From the NCBI RefSeq assembly GCF_029143285.1, contig NZ_JAPDSH010000006.1, positions 41,737-65,736 on the forward strand: a stretch of 24,000 bases of DNA, written 5' to 3'. Source of the stretch: Vagococcus proximus. GTDB taxonomy: Bacteria > Bacillota > Bacilli > Lactobacillales > Vagococcaceae. Position numbers and translations under genes: made by a program. The first letter of the stretch is position 1. Each line of letters begins with the position of its first letter. This document shows, piece after piece, positions 1-7,914 of this stretch. The notes under the pieces are model-generated. The model was given only the letters and a program-made list of their open reading frames with translations. It had not been told where the DNA came from and ran no database searches.

Positions 1-1
1 T

Positions 2-94
2 AATTTTGATGAAGCTGACATAGTAACACAGGCCTTAACCGACTGTGGTTTTATCAAAACAAATTCTCAATTCCAATTAAAAAAATATATTTAG
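2..94 (+). CDS. possible 3' end of an unidentified upstream CDS (30 codons)
   Basis: Frame 2 is open from the window edge to TAG at 92-94 (NFDEADIVTQALTDCGFIKTNSQFQLKKYI*). It is too short to identify and no terminator follows. Confidence 0.2.
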   Translation, partial: NFDEADIVTQALTDCGFIKTNSQFQLKKYI

Positions 95-167
95 GTATGG
101 AAATAGGCGGTAGGATGCAGTTCTGAACGAAATGAAAGCATTATTTTTATTTAATACTATTTAGCCC

Positions 168-196
168 TTTACATATTAATAAAAGTGCGATATACT
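168..196 (+). promoter_or_regulatory. sigma-A type promoter of the cold-shock gene
   Basis: TTTACA (168-173), a 17 nt spacer, then TATACT (191-196). This predicts a 5' UTR of about 115 nt before the ATG at 319, as is typical for csp genes. Confidence 0.5.
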
Positions 197-318
197 AAGT
201 ATGTAATAAGTTAGATACACATGCAGGTTACTAAACATTTATTGTTTTGAGACACCTCTTTTGTAGCATCGATATTTATTGCAATAAAACGCGCTATGCG
301 CAACAGGAGGAAACAACA

Positions 319-519
319 ATGGCTCAAGGAACAGTAAAATGGTTTAACGCAGACAAAGGTTTCGGTTTCATCACTCAAGAAGACGGTTCAGACGTGTTCG
401 CACACTTCTCAGCTATCCAAGGTGAAGGATTCAAAACTTTAGAAGAAGGTCAAGCAGTGACTTTCGACGTTGAAGAAGGTCAACGTGGATTACAAGCTAC
501 TAACATCGTTAAAGCTTAA
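319..519 (+). CDS. csp: cold-shock protein, CspA family (66 aa)
   Basis: [18 protein letters not shown] and VFAHFSAI are the RNP1/RNP2 motifs of the cold-shock domain. AGGAGG at 305-310 lies 8 nt before the ATG at 319. The ORF-track start at 247 is an upstream extension with no RBS. Confidence 0.95.
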   Translation: MAQGTVKWFNADKGFGFITQEDGSDVFAHFSAIQGEGFKTLEEGQAVTFDVEEGQRGLQATNIVKA

Positions 520-540
520 TTCCATAACTTTACTAATTTA

Positions 541-572
541 AACAACTAAACTTCGGTTTAGTTGTTTTTTTA
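541..572 (+). terminator. rho-independent terminator of csp
   Basis: Stem AACAACTAAAC (541-551), loop TTCG, stem GTTTAGTTGTT (556-566), followed by a T-run. Confidence 0.8.
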
Positions 573-585
573 TTTTTAAAAGAGC

Positions 586-624
586 AAAAAAAAGACGGAA
601 GAATGATCTTCCGTCTTTTTTTTT
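586..624. terminator. bidirectional rho-independent terminator (serves the minus-strand DUF308 gene and backs up csp)
   Basis: A8 tract (586-593), stem GACGGAAGA (594-602), loop ATGA, stem TCTTCCGTC (607-615), T9 tract (616-624). The stop codon of the minus gene (623-625) overlaps the T tract (its first two complement bases are the last two Ts). Confidence 0.8.
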
Positions 625-1165
625 AATAGTGCTTTTTATTTTGCATAAAAAGTCTAACTGCTTCAGAGACACCGATGAAAATTAAAATGCCTCCAAATAC
701 TCTGAATAATAAAATGATACTTGAAAATGGGTTAAATATAAGTAGAACACCTGCAATAATAATAATCACACTATAGATATTATGTCCAAGTCTATATCTA
801 GGGTTAACTTCTTTGATCGTTTGATCAGTAGTTAATTGTACTAAACCATTTAGAACAATTAAAATCCCTAAAACGAATGGTAACATGCTAATAATGACTT
901 TTGAAAAGATAAGGACAATTAGAGTAAATAAAAAGTACATGCAAGCTGTAATAAACTCAGGACCTAATATAGTATGAGTCACTTTTGATGCCTTAATAGC
1001 TTGAAAAAGATTGAGTAGTCCGATTAATAATAAGTATGCTGCCAGTGTATAGATAATACTTGTAAAGATTAGTTTTGGTTTAAAAACAACTAAACATCCA
1101 ATGACAATAAAAATTAAAATTCTAAGTAACGTGAACTTTTGTAGTTGATTGATCATATTTTTCAC
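623..1165 (-). CDS. DUF308/HdeD-family integral membrane protein
   Basis: About 6 TM helices with the repeated G-x-hydrophobic-G pattern typical of DUF308. GGAGGG (1178-1173) sits 7 nt before the GTG at 1165, so the ATG at 1180 in the ORF track is probably part of the SD. An ATG at 1156 is a further alternative. Confidence 0.55.
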   Translation of the reverse strand: MKNMINQLQKFTLLRILIFIVIGCLVVFKPKLIFTSIIYTLAAYLLLIGLLNLFQAIKASKVTHTILGPEFITACMYFLFTLIVLIFSKVIISMLPFVLGILIVLNGLVQLTTDQTIKEVNPRYRLGHNIYSVIIIIAGVLLIFNPFSSIILLFRVFGGILIFIGVSEAVRLFMQNKKHY

Positions 1166-1342
1166 TGAAATACCCTCCATATTTTTAAGTTACTTATTAT
1201 TTTATATTAAATAACAGTCAATAGCTAGATGTTGATGGAGAATAAGTCTAATAGTTTGTTAATTACTAGTTAAATCACTTGAAAACTCAAGCAAAAAAAG
1301 GGAAAATAGAGTAGTTAGAATAAAAAGAAATGAGGGAATAGT

Positions 1343-2170
1343 ATGTCTAATCTTGGTGCTATTGGATTTATTGATTCGGGAGTAGGTGGCTTGACTGTTG
1401 TTAAAGAAGCATTACGTCAATTACCGAATGAAAAAGTCATTTATTTAGGCGATACAGCTCGTTGCCCTTATGGACCTAGACCTGTAGAACAAGTGATTCA
1501 ATATACACGCGAAATGACGCAGTTTTTATTAGAAAGAAATATTAAGATGTTGGTGATTGCTTGTAATACTGCAACAGCAGTAGCTCTTGATATTTTAAGA
1601 AAAGAAATTGATATACCAGTAATAGGTGTCATATTACCAGGTAGTAGTGAAGCAATTAAAAGAACGGTTAATAATAAGATTGCTGTTATAGGGACTGAAG
1701 GAACAGTAGCAAGCCATGCATATGGCAATACTATAACTGGTAAATCACCAGATACTGAAGTGATAGAGTTGGCTTGTCCTAAATTTGTTCCTATAGTAGA
1801 AAGTAAAAAGTATGCCTCTCCACTTGCAAAAATGGTGGTAGCTGAGACATTGAAACCTTTAAAAGAAAAAAAGGTAGATTGTTTAGTTTTAGGCTGTACA
1901 CATTACCCCCTACTACGCCCACTCATTCAAAATGTTATGGGAAGTGATGTTTCTTTAATTGACTCAGGAGCAGAGACGGTAGACCATATTAGTATGTTAT
2001 TGGATTATTTTGAAATAGCAGCACCAGCTAAGCGTAATGACTTATCACATGAATTTTATGCGACAGGTTCAGTGGTCATGTTTGAGGAAATTGCTTCTGA
2101 TTGGTTAGGATTATCAAATGTAGAAGTTAAGAAGGCAAAAATAGAGAAAGATAAAAAAGGAGAATTATAA
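1343..2170 (+). CDS. murI: glutamate racemase
   Basis: DSGVGGLTV, the two catalytic Cys motifs VIACNTA and LGCTHYP, 275 aa. The stop codon directly abuts the next start (TAAATG). Confidence 0.95.
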   Translation: MSNLGAIGFIDSGVGGLTVVKEALRQLPNEKVIYLGDTARCPYGPRPVEQVIQYTREMTQFLLERNIKMLVIACNTATAVALDILRKEIDIPVIGVILPGSSEAIKRTVNNKIAVIGTEGTVASHAYGNTITGKSPDTEVIELACPKFVPIVESKKYASPLAKMVVAETLKPLKEKKVDCLVLGCTHYPLLRPLIQNVMGSDVSLIDSGAETVDHISMLLDYFEIAAPAKRNDLSHEFYATGSVVMFEEIASDWLGLSNVEVKKAKIEKDKKGEL

Positions 2171-3517
2171 ATGAGACATGATGGTCGAGACTATAATGAA
2201 TTAAGAAAAGTAACGATTGAAAAAGATGTATTAAAACACCCAGAAGGTTCAGTATTGATTTCTTTTGGTGATACTAAGGTATTCTGTGCAGCGACATTAG
2301 AAGACAGAGTACCACCTTTTTTAAGAGGCCTAGGTACCGGATGGGTGACGGCTGAGTACAGCATGTTACCACGCGCGACAAATACGCGTAATAGACGTGA
2401 GAGTGCGAAAGGGAAGCTAACAGGTCGTACGATGGAGATCCAACGTTTAATCGGGCGTTCACTTCGTAGTGTTGTAGATTTAGAAAAATTAGGTGAACGT
2501 TCAATCATTGTGGATTGTGATGTCATCCAAGCAGATGGTGGAACTCGTACGGCTAGTATTACTGGCGCTTTTGTTGCCTTATCACTGGCTATTGAAAAAT
2601 TAATTGAATCAGGTGAGTTAACAGAAAATCCAATTAAAGAACACTTGGCAGCTGTTAGTGTGGGTGTACTGCCTACGAAAGAAGTTGTGCTAGATTTAGA
2701 CTACGTTGAAGATTCAGCTGCAGCAGTTGATATGAACCTAGTTATGACAGAATCTGGTGAGTTTGTTGAAATTCAAGGAACTGGTGAAGAATCAACCTTT
2801 ACAGCAGCAGAATTAAATCAACTCTTACAAGTTGGAGATTTAGGGATAAAAGAATTAATTGCTAGACAACAAGAAGTATTAGCTCCTCAATCAGCAGGTG
2901 TGGAAGTGGGAGAGGACTCTGTTATTTTAATTGCAACAGGAAATAAAGGGAAAGCCAAAGAATTTGAAGCTATTTTCAAAGAAAAAGGCCTAGCTGTTAA
3001 AACATTATTAGATTTTCCAGATGTACCTGAAGTAGAAGAGACGGGTAAAACTTTCACAGAAAATGCGTTACTTAAAGCAGAAACAATTTCTAAAAAATTT
3101 AATTGTTTGGTGTTGGCAGATGATTCAGGTTTGATGGTGGATGCTTTAAATGGTCAACCAGGTGTGTATTCAGCACGTTACGCAGGAAAATTAAAAAGTG
3201 ATGCCGCTAATAATGCAAAATTAATGCATGAGCTAACAGATATCCCGCAATCAGAACGTACAGCTAAGTTCCACTGTACACTTGCTGTAGCAGCTCCTGG
3301 TAAAGAAAGTTTGGTAGTAGAAGGAGAGGTCAAGGGGGAGATATTAGCTATTCCTCGTGGTGATAATGGTTTTGGCTATGACCCATTGTTCTTAGTGCCC
3401 TCTTTAAATAAAACAATGGCAGAATTATCAGGTTCTGAAAAAAATAAAATCAGTCATAGGGCTCAAGCTATTAAAGCGTTAGATAATGCTTGGGATGAGT
3501 GGTATAAAGGAGTTTAA
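2171..3517 (+). CDS. rph: bifunctional fusion: RNase PH (aa 1 to about 236) plus RdgB/HAM1 dITP/XTP pyrophosphatase (aa about 250-448)
   Basis: N-terminal half: [11 protein letters not shown] and [19 protein letters not shown] (RNase PH phosphate-binding GGTR). C-terminal half: [25 protein letters not shown] and [10 protein letters not shown] (RdgB/Ham1 motifs). A single uninterrupted frame joins them through the linker [13 protein letters not shown] at about 2879-2917. Confidence 0.9.
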   Translation: MRHDGRDYNELRKVTIEKDVLKHPEGSVLISFGDTKVFCAATLEDRVPPFLRGLGTGWVTAEYSMLPRATNTRNRRESAKGKLTGRTMEIQRLIGRSLRSVVDLEKLGERSIIVDCDVIQADGGTRTASITGAFVALSLAIEKLIESGELTENPIKEHLAAVSVGVLPTKEVVLDLDYVEDSAAAVDMNLVMTESGEFVEIQGTGEESTFTAAELNQLLQVGDLGIKELIARQQEVLAPQSAGVEVGEDSVILIATGNKGKAKEFEAIFKEKGLAVKTLLDFPDVPEVEETGKTFTENALLKAETISKKFNCLVLADDSGLMVDALNGQPGVYSARYAGKLKSDAANNAKLMHELTDIPQSERTAKFHCTLAVAAPGKESLVVEGEVKGEILAIPRGDNGFGYDPLFLVPSLNKTMAELSGSEKNKISHRAQAIKALDNAWDEWYKGV

Positions 3518-3520
3518 GGC

Positions 3521-4036
3521 ATGAAGTATTTAGTCGTAAGTGATAACCACGGAGACCGTGATTGTTTGGTTGATTTAGCTGATACTTATAAAGGAAAAGT
3601 TGATGGTATGTTTCATTGTGGCGATTCTGAATTAGATCCTACAGATACGTTGTGGCAAGATTTTATTGTTGTGACGGGTAACTGTGATTTTGACCCTCGT
3701 TTCAAGAGAGAACAATTAGTGGACATGAAAGCAGACAAGATTTTTATTGCTCATGGGCATTTGCTTAACGTTAATCAAACATTAAATAATCTGGTATACC
3801 GTGCTAAAGAAGTAGGGGCCACGGTTGCTTTTTATGGTCATACTCACAAGTTAGGTGTGGAACGTATTGATGATATATTACTCTTAAATCCAGGAAGTAT
3901 TTCGCAGCCCCGAGGAATGTATTCTTACAAGACGTATGCGATTGTAGAGAGTACAGAATCTGGTTATAATGTGTCATATTTTGAAAGAAATCATAAATGT
4001 ATTGAAGAATTGTCACGAAGCTTTCGAAAAGATTAA
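3521..4036 (+). CDS. YfcE/MJ0936-family metallophosphoesterase (YsnB-like)
   Basis: The calcineurin-like motif series VSDNHGD, CGD, GNCD, HGH, GHTH. It starts 3 nt after the rph::rdgB stop, and its SD AAAGGAG lies inside the upstream gene. Confidence 0.8.
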   Translation: MKYLVVSDNHGDRDCLVDLADTYKGKVDGMFHCGDSELDPTDTLWQDFIVVTGNCDFDPRFKREQLVDMKADKIFIAHGHLLNVNQTLNNLVYRAKEVGATVAFYGHTHKLGVERIDDILLLNPGSISQPRGMYSYKTYAIVESTESGYNVSYFERNHKCIEELSRSFRKD

Positions 4037-4127
4037 ATTCTCTTAAGGAATAGCAAAAATAATGGAACTATTGCCAGTATAGGTTAAAATTAAGAAGAGT
4101 TCTAAAGTGGTTAAGGAGGATTTTTTC

Positions 4128-4592
4128 ATGATTGGAAATAAAGTTAAAGAGTTACTGCTAGAAAATGAGGACTGTTTTTTAATTCCAGATGAAAAAGTGG
4201 CGCATGTCATGGATGAGAATCCTTTAAACCATGCCTTACTTGTTTTATCTAAAGTGAGTTATAGTAGAATACCTGTATTAAATCGTAAAGGTGAGATAGT
4301 GGGTTTGATTGGCTTATCACATATCATGGATGCTATGTTTGATTTAACAGAGATTGATCCAGAAAACTTAAACGGCCGTTTAGTAAAAGATGTGATGGAC
4401 ACGGCTATTAAAACGATAACACTTCCTTATGACATTGAATATATTATGCATTTGTTAGTGGATCACCCCTTTGTCCCAGTTGTTGATGAAAATAATTGTT
4501 TTGCCGGAATTGTGACAAGACGTGAAATTTTAAAATCGGTTAACCATTTAGCACATTCATTAGAGAGTACTTATGAATTAAATGAAAAGTAA
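4128..4592 (+). CDS. cbpB: CBS-pair protein, cyclic-di-AMP-binding CbpB/DarB (YkuL) family
   Basis: About 155 aa with two CBS motifs only. The sequence pattern (VAHV...NHALLVLSK..YSRIPVL....GLIG...IM.. and FAGIVTRREILK) matches my memory of B. subtilis YkuL. AAGGAGG (4113-4119) lies 8 nt before the ATG at 4128, and the GTG at 4107 has no SD. Confidence 0.7.
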   Translation: MIGNKVKELLLENEDCFLIPDEKVAHVMDENPLNHALLVLSKVSYSRIPVLNRKGEIVGLIGLSHIMDAMFDLTEIDPENLNGRLVKDVMDTAIKTITLPYDIEYIMHLLVDHPFVPVVDENNCFAGIVTRREILKSVNHLAHSLESTYELNEK

Positions 4593-4622
4593 AACACCTG
4601 CCAGTTGGCAGGTGTTTTTTTA
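4591..4622. terminator. bidirectional terminator shared by cbpB and the convergent MscS gene
   Basis: A4, stem CACCTGCC (4595-4602), loop AGTT, stem GGCAGGTG (4607-4614), T7 (4615-4621). Both stop codons (4590-4592 and 4620-4622) lie in the flanking A/T tracts. Confidence 0.8.
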
Positions 4623-5534
4623 AATGGGCGTTAGTGGCAATGGGGATTGTGGTAGTTCAATACCAGCTTCTGTTAAGGCTTCTAGATAGGCGGCCAAAAA
4701 ATCAGCTTGGACTTTAAACTGACTACCGTTAAGCGTATAAATAATAATTTTGATTGCAAAGTTTCCATTTCCAAGGTCGATGAGTCCTTTATTGATGGGC
4801 CCCTCTTTAATTTCAGGATAAAGAGGCAGAAGGTTTTCATTAACCTTAGTTATAATGTCAGCTACTTTTTGTATATCAGTATCGGGTTTAATTCTTAGTT
4901 TAATCAGTGCCAACATGTTCTCACGAGAAAGATTACTGACAATAGTAATTTGACCATTGGGTATGTAATGAAGTGTTCCATCTGCACCTTTTACTTGTGT
5001 TGTTCTTAGACCAACCGCTTGGACAAACCCTTCTATTTCACCAATAATGACATGGTCACCAACATCAATTTGGCGTTCTAAAATAATAAAGAATCCAGTT
5101 AAGAGGTCGTTAATAAAGCCTTGAGCACCAAGGCCAATTGCAATACCAGCAATTCCCGCACCTGCGATTAATGATGCTACAGGGACACCAAAAATTGATA
5201 ATATCGTATAGAGTAGCACAAAGTAAAGTGTGTACTGATAGGCATTGGTGGTTAGTTTTTCTAAAGTGTCCACACGACTTGCGCTATAGAGATCTCTTTT
5301 TTTATAATTGGCAAAGCCTTTCTTGATTAATCGAATACCGATACGCATAATGAGTCCGATAATAAACAGTGCAAGGATTAAGCTGAAGCCTTTAGAAAGG
5401 GTGAGAGAAATCAATCTATCCCAATCAATCGTATGCCAGACTCTTTTTAGATTTGAAAGTTTTTCTGTAGCTTCACTTGAAGTTGTTTCACCATAGGCTA
5501 CAAAATTTAGTAAATAAAAATTAGACAGACTCAT
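4620..5534 (-). CDS. mechanosensitive ion channel, MscS family (YkuT-like)
   Basis: N-terminal TM helices followed by the MscS beta-domain signature GDHVIIGEIEGFVQAVGLRTTQVKGADGTLHYIPNGQI. AAGGAG lies 8 nt before the ATG at 5534, and the track start at 5543 (GTG) sits inside the SD. Confidence 0.85.
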   Translation of the reverse strand: MSLSNFYLLNFVAYGETTSSEATEKLSNLKRVWHTIDWDRLISLTLSKGFSLILALFIIGLIMRIGIRLIKKGFANYKKRDLYSASRVDTLEKLTTNAYQYTLYFVLLYTILSIFGVPVASLIAGAGIAGIAIGLGAQGFINDLLTGFFIILERQIDVGDHVIIGEIEGFVQAVGLRTTQVKGADGTLHYIPNGQITIVSNLSRENMLALIKLRIKPDTDIQKVADIITKVNENLLPLYPEIKEGPINKGLIDLGNGNFAIKIIIYTLNGSQFKVQADFLAAYLEALTEAGIELPQSPLPLTPI

Positions 5535-5607
5535 AATAATCACTCCTTGCTTTTATTGTATCAGAAAAAAGAAAAATTCTAAAATAGGAGCTTTATTCTT
5601 TTTTTAA

Positions 5608-5636
5608 TTGAGATATTTTACTATAGGTGGTATGCT
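5608..5636 (+). promoter_or_regulatory. extended -10 promoter for the DUF948/YtxH operon
   Basis: TTGAGA (5608-5613), 17 nt spacer, TGgTATGCT (5628-5636). The predicted TSS near 5643 excludes the ORF-track ATG at 5642. Confidence 0.5.
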
Positions 5637-5680
5637 AAATAATGAAAATAGACATAGAACGTAGAGAAAGGATTATAACT

Positions 5681-6124
5681 ATGACAGGTGGAGAAATCGC
5701 AGCATTAATCGCAGCAATTGCGTTTGTAATTTTAGTTATTGTTATTATTGTATGTTGTATTATGACACTACCCAAAATTGTTAAAACAATTACGGCAACA
5801 AATGAAGCTATTGAAAAAGCTACAGCAATGATCGATGAAACAAATGTTACCATTCAATCCGTTACAAAAGATGTTAATGTTTTAACAATTCAAGTAGAAG
5901 ATTTATTGATGAAAAGCAATACATTATTAGCCGATGTAAATCAAAAGGTAGAAACAATTGATCCGTTATTTACAGCAGTGGCCGATTTAAGTACAAGCGT
6001 ATCAGATTTAAATGAATCAAGTCGTAATGTAGCTAGTAAAGTTGGAATCATAGGCTCAAATGCCGCTAAAGCATCACTTGCAACAAAATTAAGTCGTACA
6101 GCGTGGAAAACGTTTAAAAAATAG
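5681..6124 (+). CDS. DUF948 domain membrane-anchored protein (YtxG-like general stress protein)
   Basis: MTGGEIAALIAAIAFVILV N-terminal anchor followed by a long coiled-coil-like region, then a YtxH gene, as in the B. subtilis ytxG-ytxH arrangement. The SD-like AGAAAGGA lies 8 nt upstream of the ATG at 5681. Confidence 0.75.
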   Translation: MTGGEIAALIAAIAFVILVIVIIVCCIMTLPKIVKTITATNEAIEKATAMIDETNVTIQSVTKDVNVLTIQVEDLLMKSNTLLADVNQKVETIDPLFTAVADLSTSVSDLNESSRNVASKVGIIGSNAAKASLATKLSRTAWKTFKK

Positions 6125-6142
6125 ATTTTAGGAGGAATTAGG

Positions 6143-6616
6143 ATGAGTAAAAAATCAAATGGCTTTTTATCAGGTTTAATAGTTGGAGGAGCAGCAGCAG
6201 CAGCAGCAGCTTTATTATTTGCACCAAAGTCAGGTAAAGATTTAAGAGATGAGTTAACAGAAAAAACGAATGACTTTACTTCTAATGAAAATAACCCAGA
6301 ATTTGTTAATCAAGCAATTAGTAAAGCCTCTATATTGAAAGATAAAGCGGTAAAAACTTCTAATGATGCCTTTACTACTATTAAAAATCAATCTTCTGAG
6401 CTTGCTAAAAAAGTTAAAACATCGACTGATGATGATATGATGTCTTTTGAAGAAGCGATGGATTTGATGGATCGCGAGTTAGAAGAGCAAGAAGAGGATA
6501 TCGTCATTGATTTATCTGAAACTACAGAAGAAGTAACAGAAGAAGCTGAAGAAATGGCTGAAGTAGTTTCTGATACTGTTGATGAAATATTAGAAGATGT
6601 AAGTGAAGAAAATTAA
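6143..6616 (+). CDS. YtxH domain-containing protein with a strongly acidic C-terminal tail
   Basis: GLIVGGAAAAAAALLFAPKSGKDLRDEL is the YtxH signature. AGGAGG lies 7 nt upstream. The last 60 or so residues are rich in Glu/Asp. Confidence 0.8.
   Translation: MSKKSNGFLSGLIVGGAAAAAAALLFAPKSGKDLRDELTEKTNDFTSNENNPEFVNQAISKASILKDKAVKTSNDAFTTIKNQSSELAKKVKTSTDDDMMSFEEAMDLMDRELEEQEEDIVIDLSETTEEVTEEAEEMAEVVSDTVDEILEDVSEEN
6191..6208 (+). repeat. (GCA)6 trinucleotide repeat inside the YtxH anchor (poly-Ala)
   Basis: Read directly as gcagcagcagcagcagca followed by gct. It encodes an Ala7 run. Confidence 0.9.
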
Positions 6617-6664
6617 TTTACATAAAAAATAGTTTTGTGTTCTATATAAGTTTTATTGATATGT

Positions 6665-6701
6665 AAAAAACCATTATCCTAGATAATGGTTTTCTTTTTT
6701 T
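6665..6701 (+). terminator. rho-independent terminator of the DUF948/YtxH operon
   Basis: Stem AAAACCATTATC (6667-6678), loop CTA, stem GATAATGGTTTT (6682-6693), then TCTTTTTTT. Confidence 0.75.
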
Positions 6702-6740
6702 GTGTATTGAAAGAAAACATAAAGTTTCATGAAAATATGA

Positions 6741-6756
6741 ATAAAAACGCTTGCAA
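6741..6756 (+). promoter_or_regulatory. candidate cre (CcpA operator) overlapping the ccpA -35 box
   Basis: ATAAAAACGCTTGCAA compared with WTGNNARCGNWWWCAW has 2 mismatches. It overlaps TTGCAA at 6751-6756. Confidence 0.3.
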
Positions 6757-6779
6757 TGGTGATGGAAATTTGTTAATCT
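6751..6779 (+). promoter_or_regulatory. candidate extended -10 promoter of ccpA
   Basis: TTGCAA (6751-6756), 17 nt spacer, TGtTAATCT (6771-6779). Confidence 0.45.
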
Positions 6780-6876
6780 TAGTTTAAAGAAATGTAAATA
6801 GATTTTTCAGAAAAAAAGAGACGTTTTCATAAACTAGATTTTTGGAATTTTATTGCTAAATTAAAGGAGAATTATT

Positions 6877-7878
6877 ATGGAAAAACAAACAATTACAATT
6901 TATGACGTTGCGCGTGAAGCAAATGTCTCAATGGCGACGGTTTCTCGTGTTGTCAACGGTAACCCAAATGTAAAACCAGCAACGCGTAAAAAAGTATTAG
7001 AGGTAATTGATCGTCTTGATTATCGCCCTAATGCAGTAGCTCGTGGTTTAGCAAGTAAAAAAACAACAACAGTTGGAGTTATTATTCCTGACGTAAGTAA
7101 TATTTATTTTTCATCATTAGCACGTGGTATTGATGATGTTGCTACAATGTACAAATATAATATTATTTTAGCCAATTCAGATGGTAATGACGAAAAAGAA
7201 GTAAATGTTTTAAATAATCTACTAGCAAAACAAGTAGATGGTATTATTTTCATGGGTCATCATATTACAGATTCAATCAGAGCAGAATTTTCACGTTCTA
7301 AAACACCTGTTGTACTGGCAGGTTCAATTGACCCTGATAAACAAGTTGGTTCAGTTAATATTGATTATCATGCTGCCTCTAAAGAGGCAACCGCTGTCTT
7401 AGCAGAAAATGGACATGATAAAATTGCCTTTATCAGTGGAGCATTAGTTGATCCAATTAACGGTCAAAATCGCTTAACAGGATATAAAAAAGCTTTGAAA
7501 GAAGCAAAAATAACATTTACTGAAGGTTTAGTTTTTGAAACACCTTATGAATATAAAGCAGGAGAAAAACTTGCCGAGCGTATTATCAATAGTGGGGCAA
7601 CTGCAGCTTATATTGTAGATGATGAATTAGCAGTAGGAATTATGAATGGCTTACAAGACAAGGGTGTTAAAGTTCCAGAAGAGTTTGAAATTATTACAAG
7701 TAATAATACTGTATTAACTGACATGGCGAGACCTCGTTTAACAAGTATCAGTCAACCGTTATATGATATGGGAGCTGTCTCAATGCGTCTTTTGACTAAA
7801 TTGATGAATAAAGAAGATGTAGAAGAAAAAACAATCGTGTTGCCACATAATATTGTAAAACGCGGTTCAACTAAATAA
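6877..7878 (+). CDS. ccpA: catabolite control protein A (LacI/GalR family)
   Basis: N-terminal [56 protein letters not shown]. 333 aa with near-identical architecture to CcpA of Bacillus and the lactic acid bacteria. AAAGGAG lies 8 nt upstream. Confidence 0.95.
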   Translation: MEKQTITIYDVAREANVSMATVSRVVNGNPNVKPATRKKVLEVIDRLDYRPNAVARGLASKKTTTVGVIIPDVSNIYFSSLARGIDDVATMYKYNIILANSDGNDEKEVNVLNNLLAKQVDGIIFMGHHITDSIRAEFSRSKTPVVLAGSIDPDKQVGSVNIDYHAASKEATAVLAENGHDKIAFISGALVDPINGQNRLTGYKKALKEAKITFTEGLVFETPYEYKAGEKLAERIINSGATAAYIVDDELAVGIMNGLQDKGVKVPEEFEIITSNNTVLTDMARPRLTSISQPLYDMGAVSMRLLTKLMNKEDVEEKTIVLPHNIVKRGSTK

Positions 7879-7914
7879 AAAAAGCTTGAGGATTACTCCT
7901 CAAGCTTTTTTTTA
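7877..7914. terminator. bidirectional terminator shared by ccpA and the convergent PBP gene
   Basis: A7, stem AGCTTGAGG (7883-7891), loop ATTACT, stem CCTCAAGCT (7898-7906), T8. The PBP stop codon (7912-7914) overlaps the T tract. Confidence 0.85.

Noticed and set aside
5635-5853. A 72 aa hydrophobic ORF antisense to the start of the DUF948 gene, which could be mistaken for a small membrane protein or type I toxin.
   Set aside because: It is the mirror image of the DUF948 TM helix, since hydrophobic codons read hydrophobic on the complement. It has no SD, no promoter and no terminator of its own.
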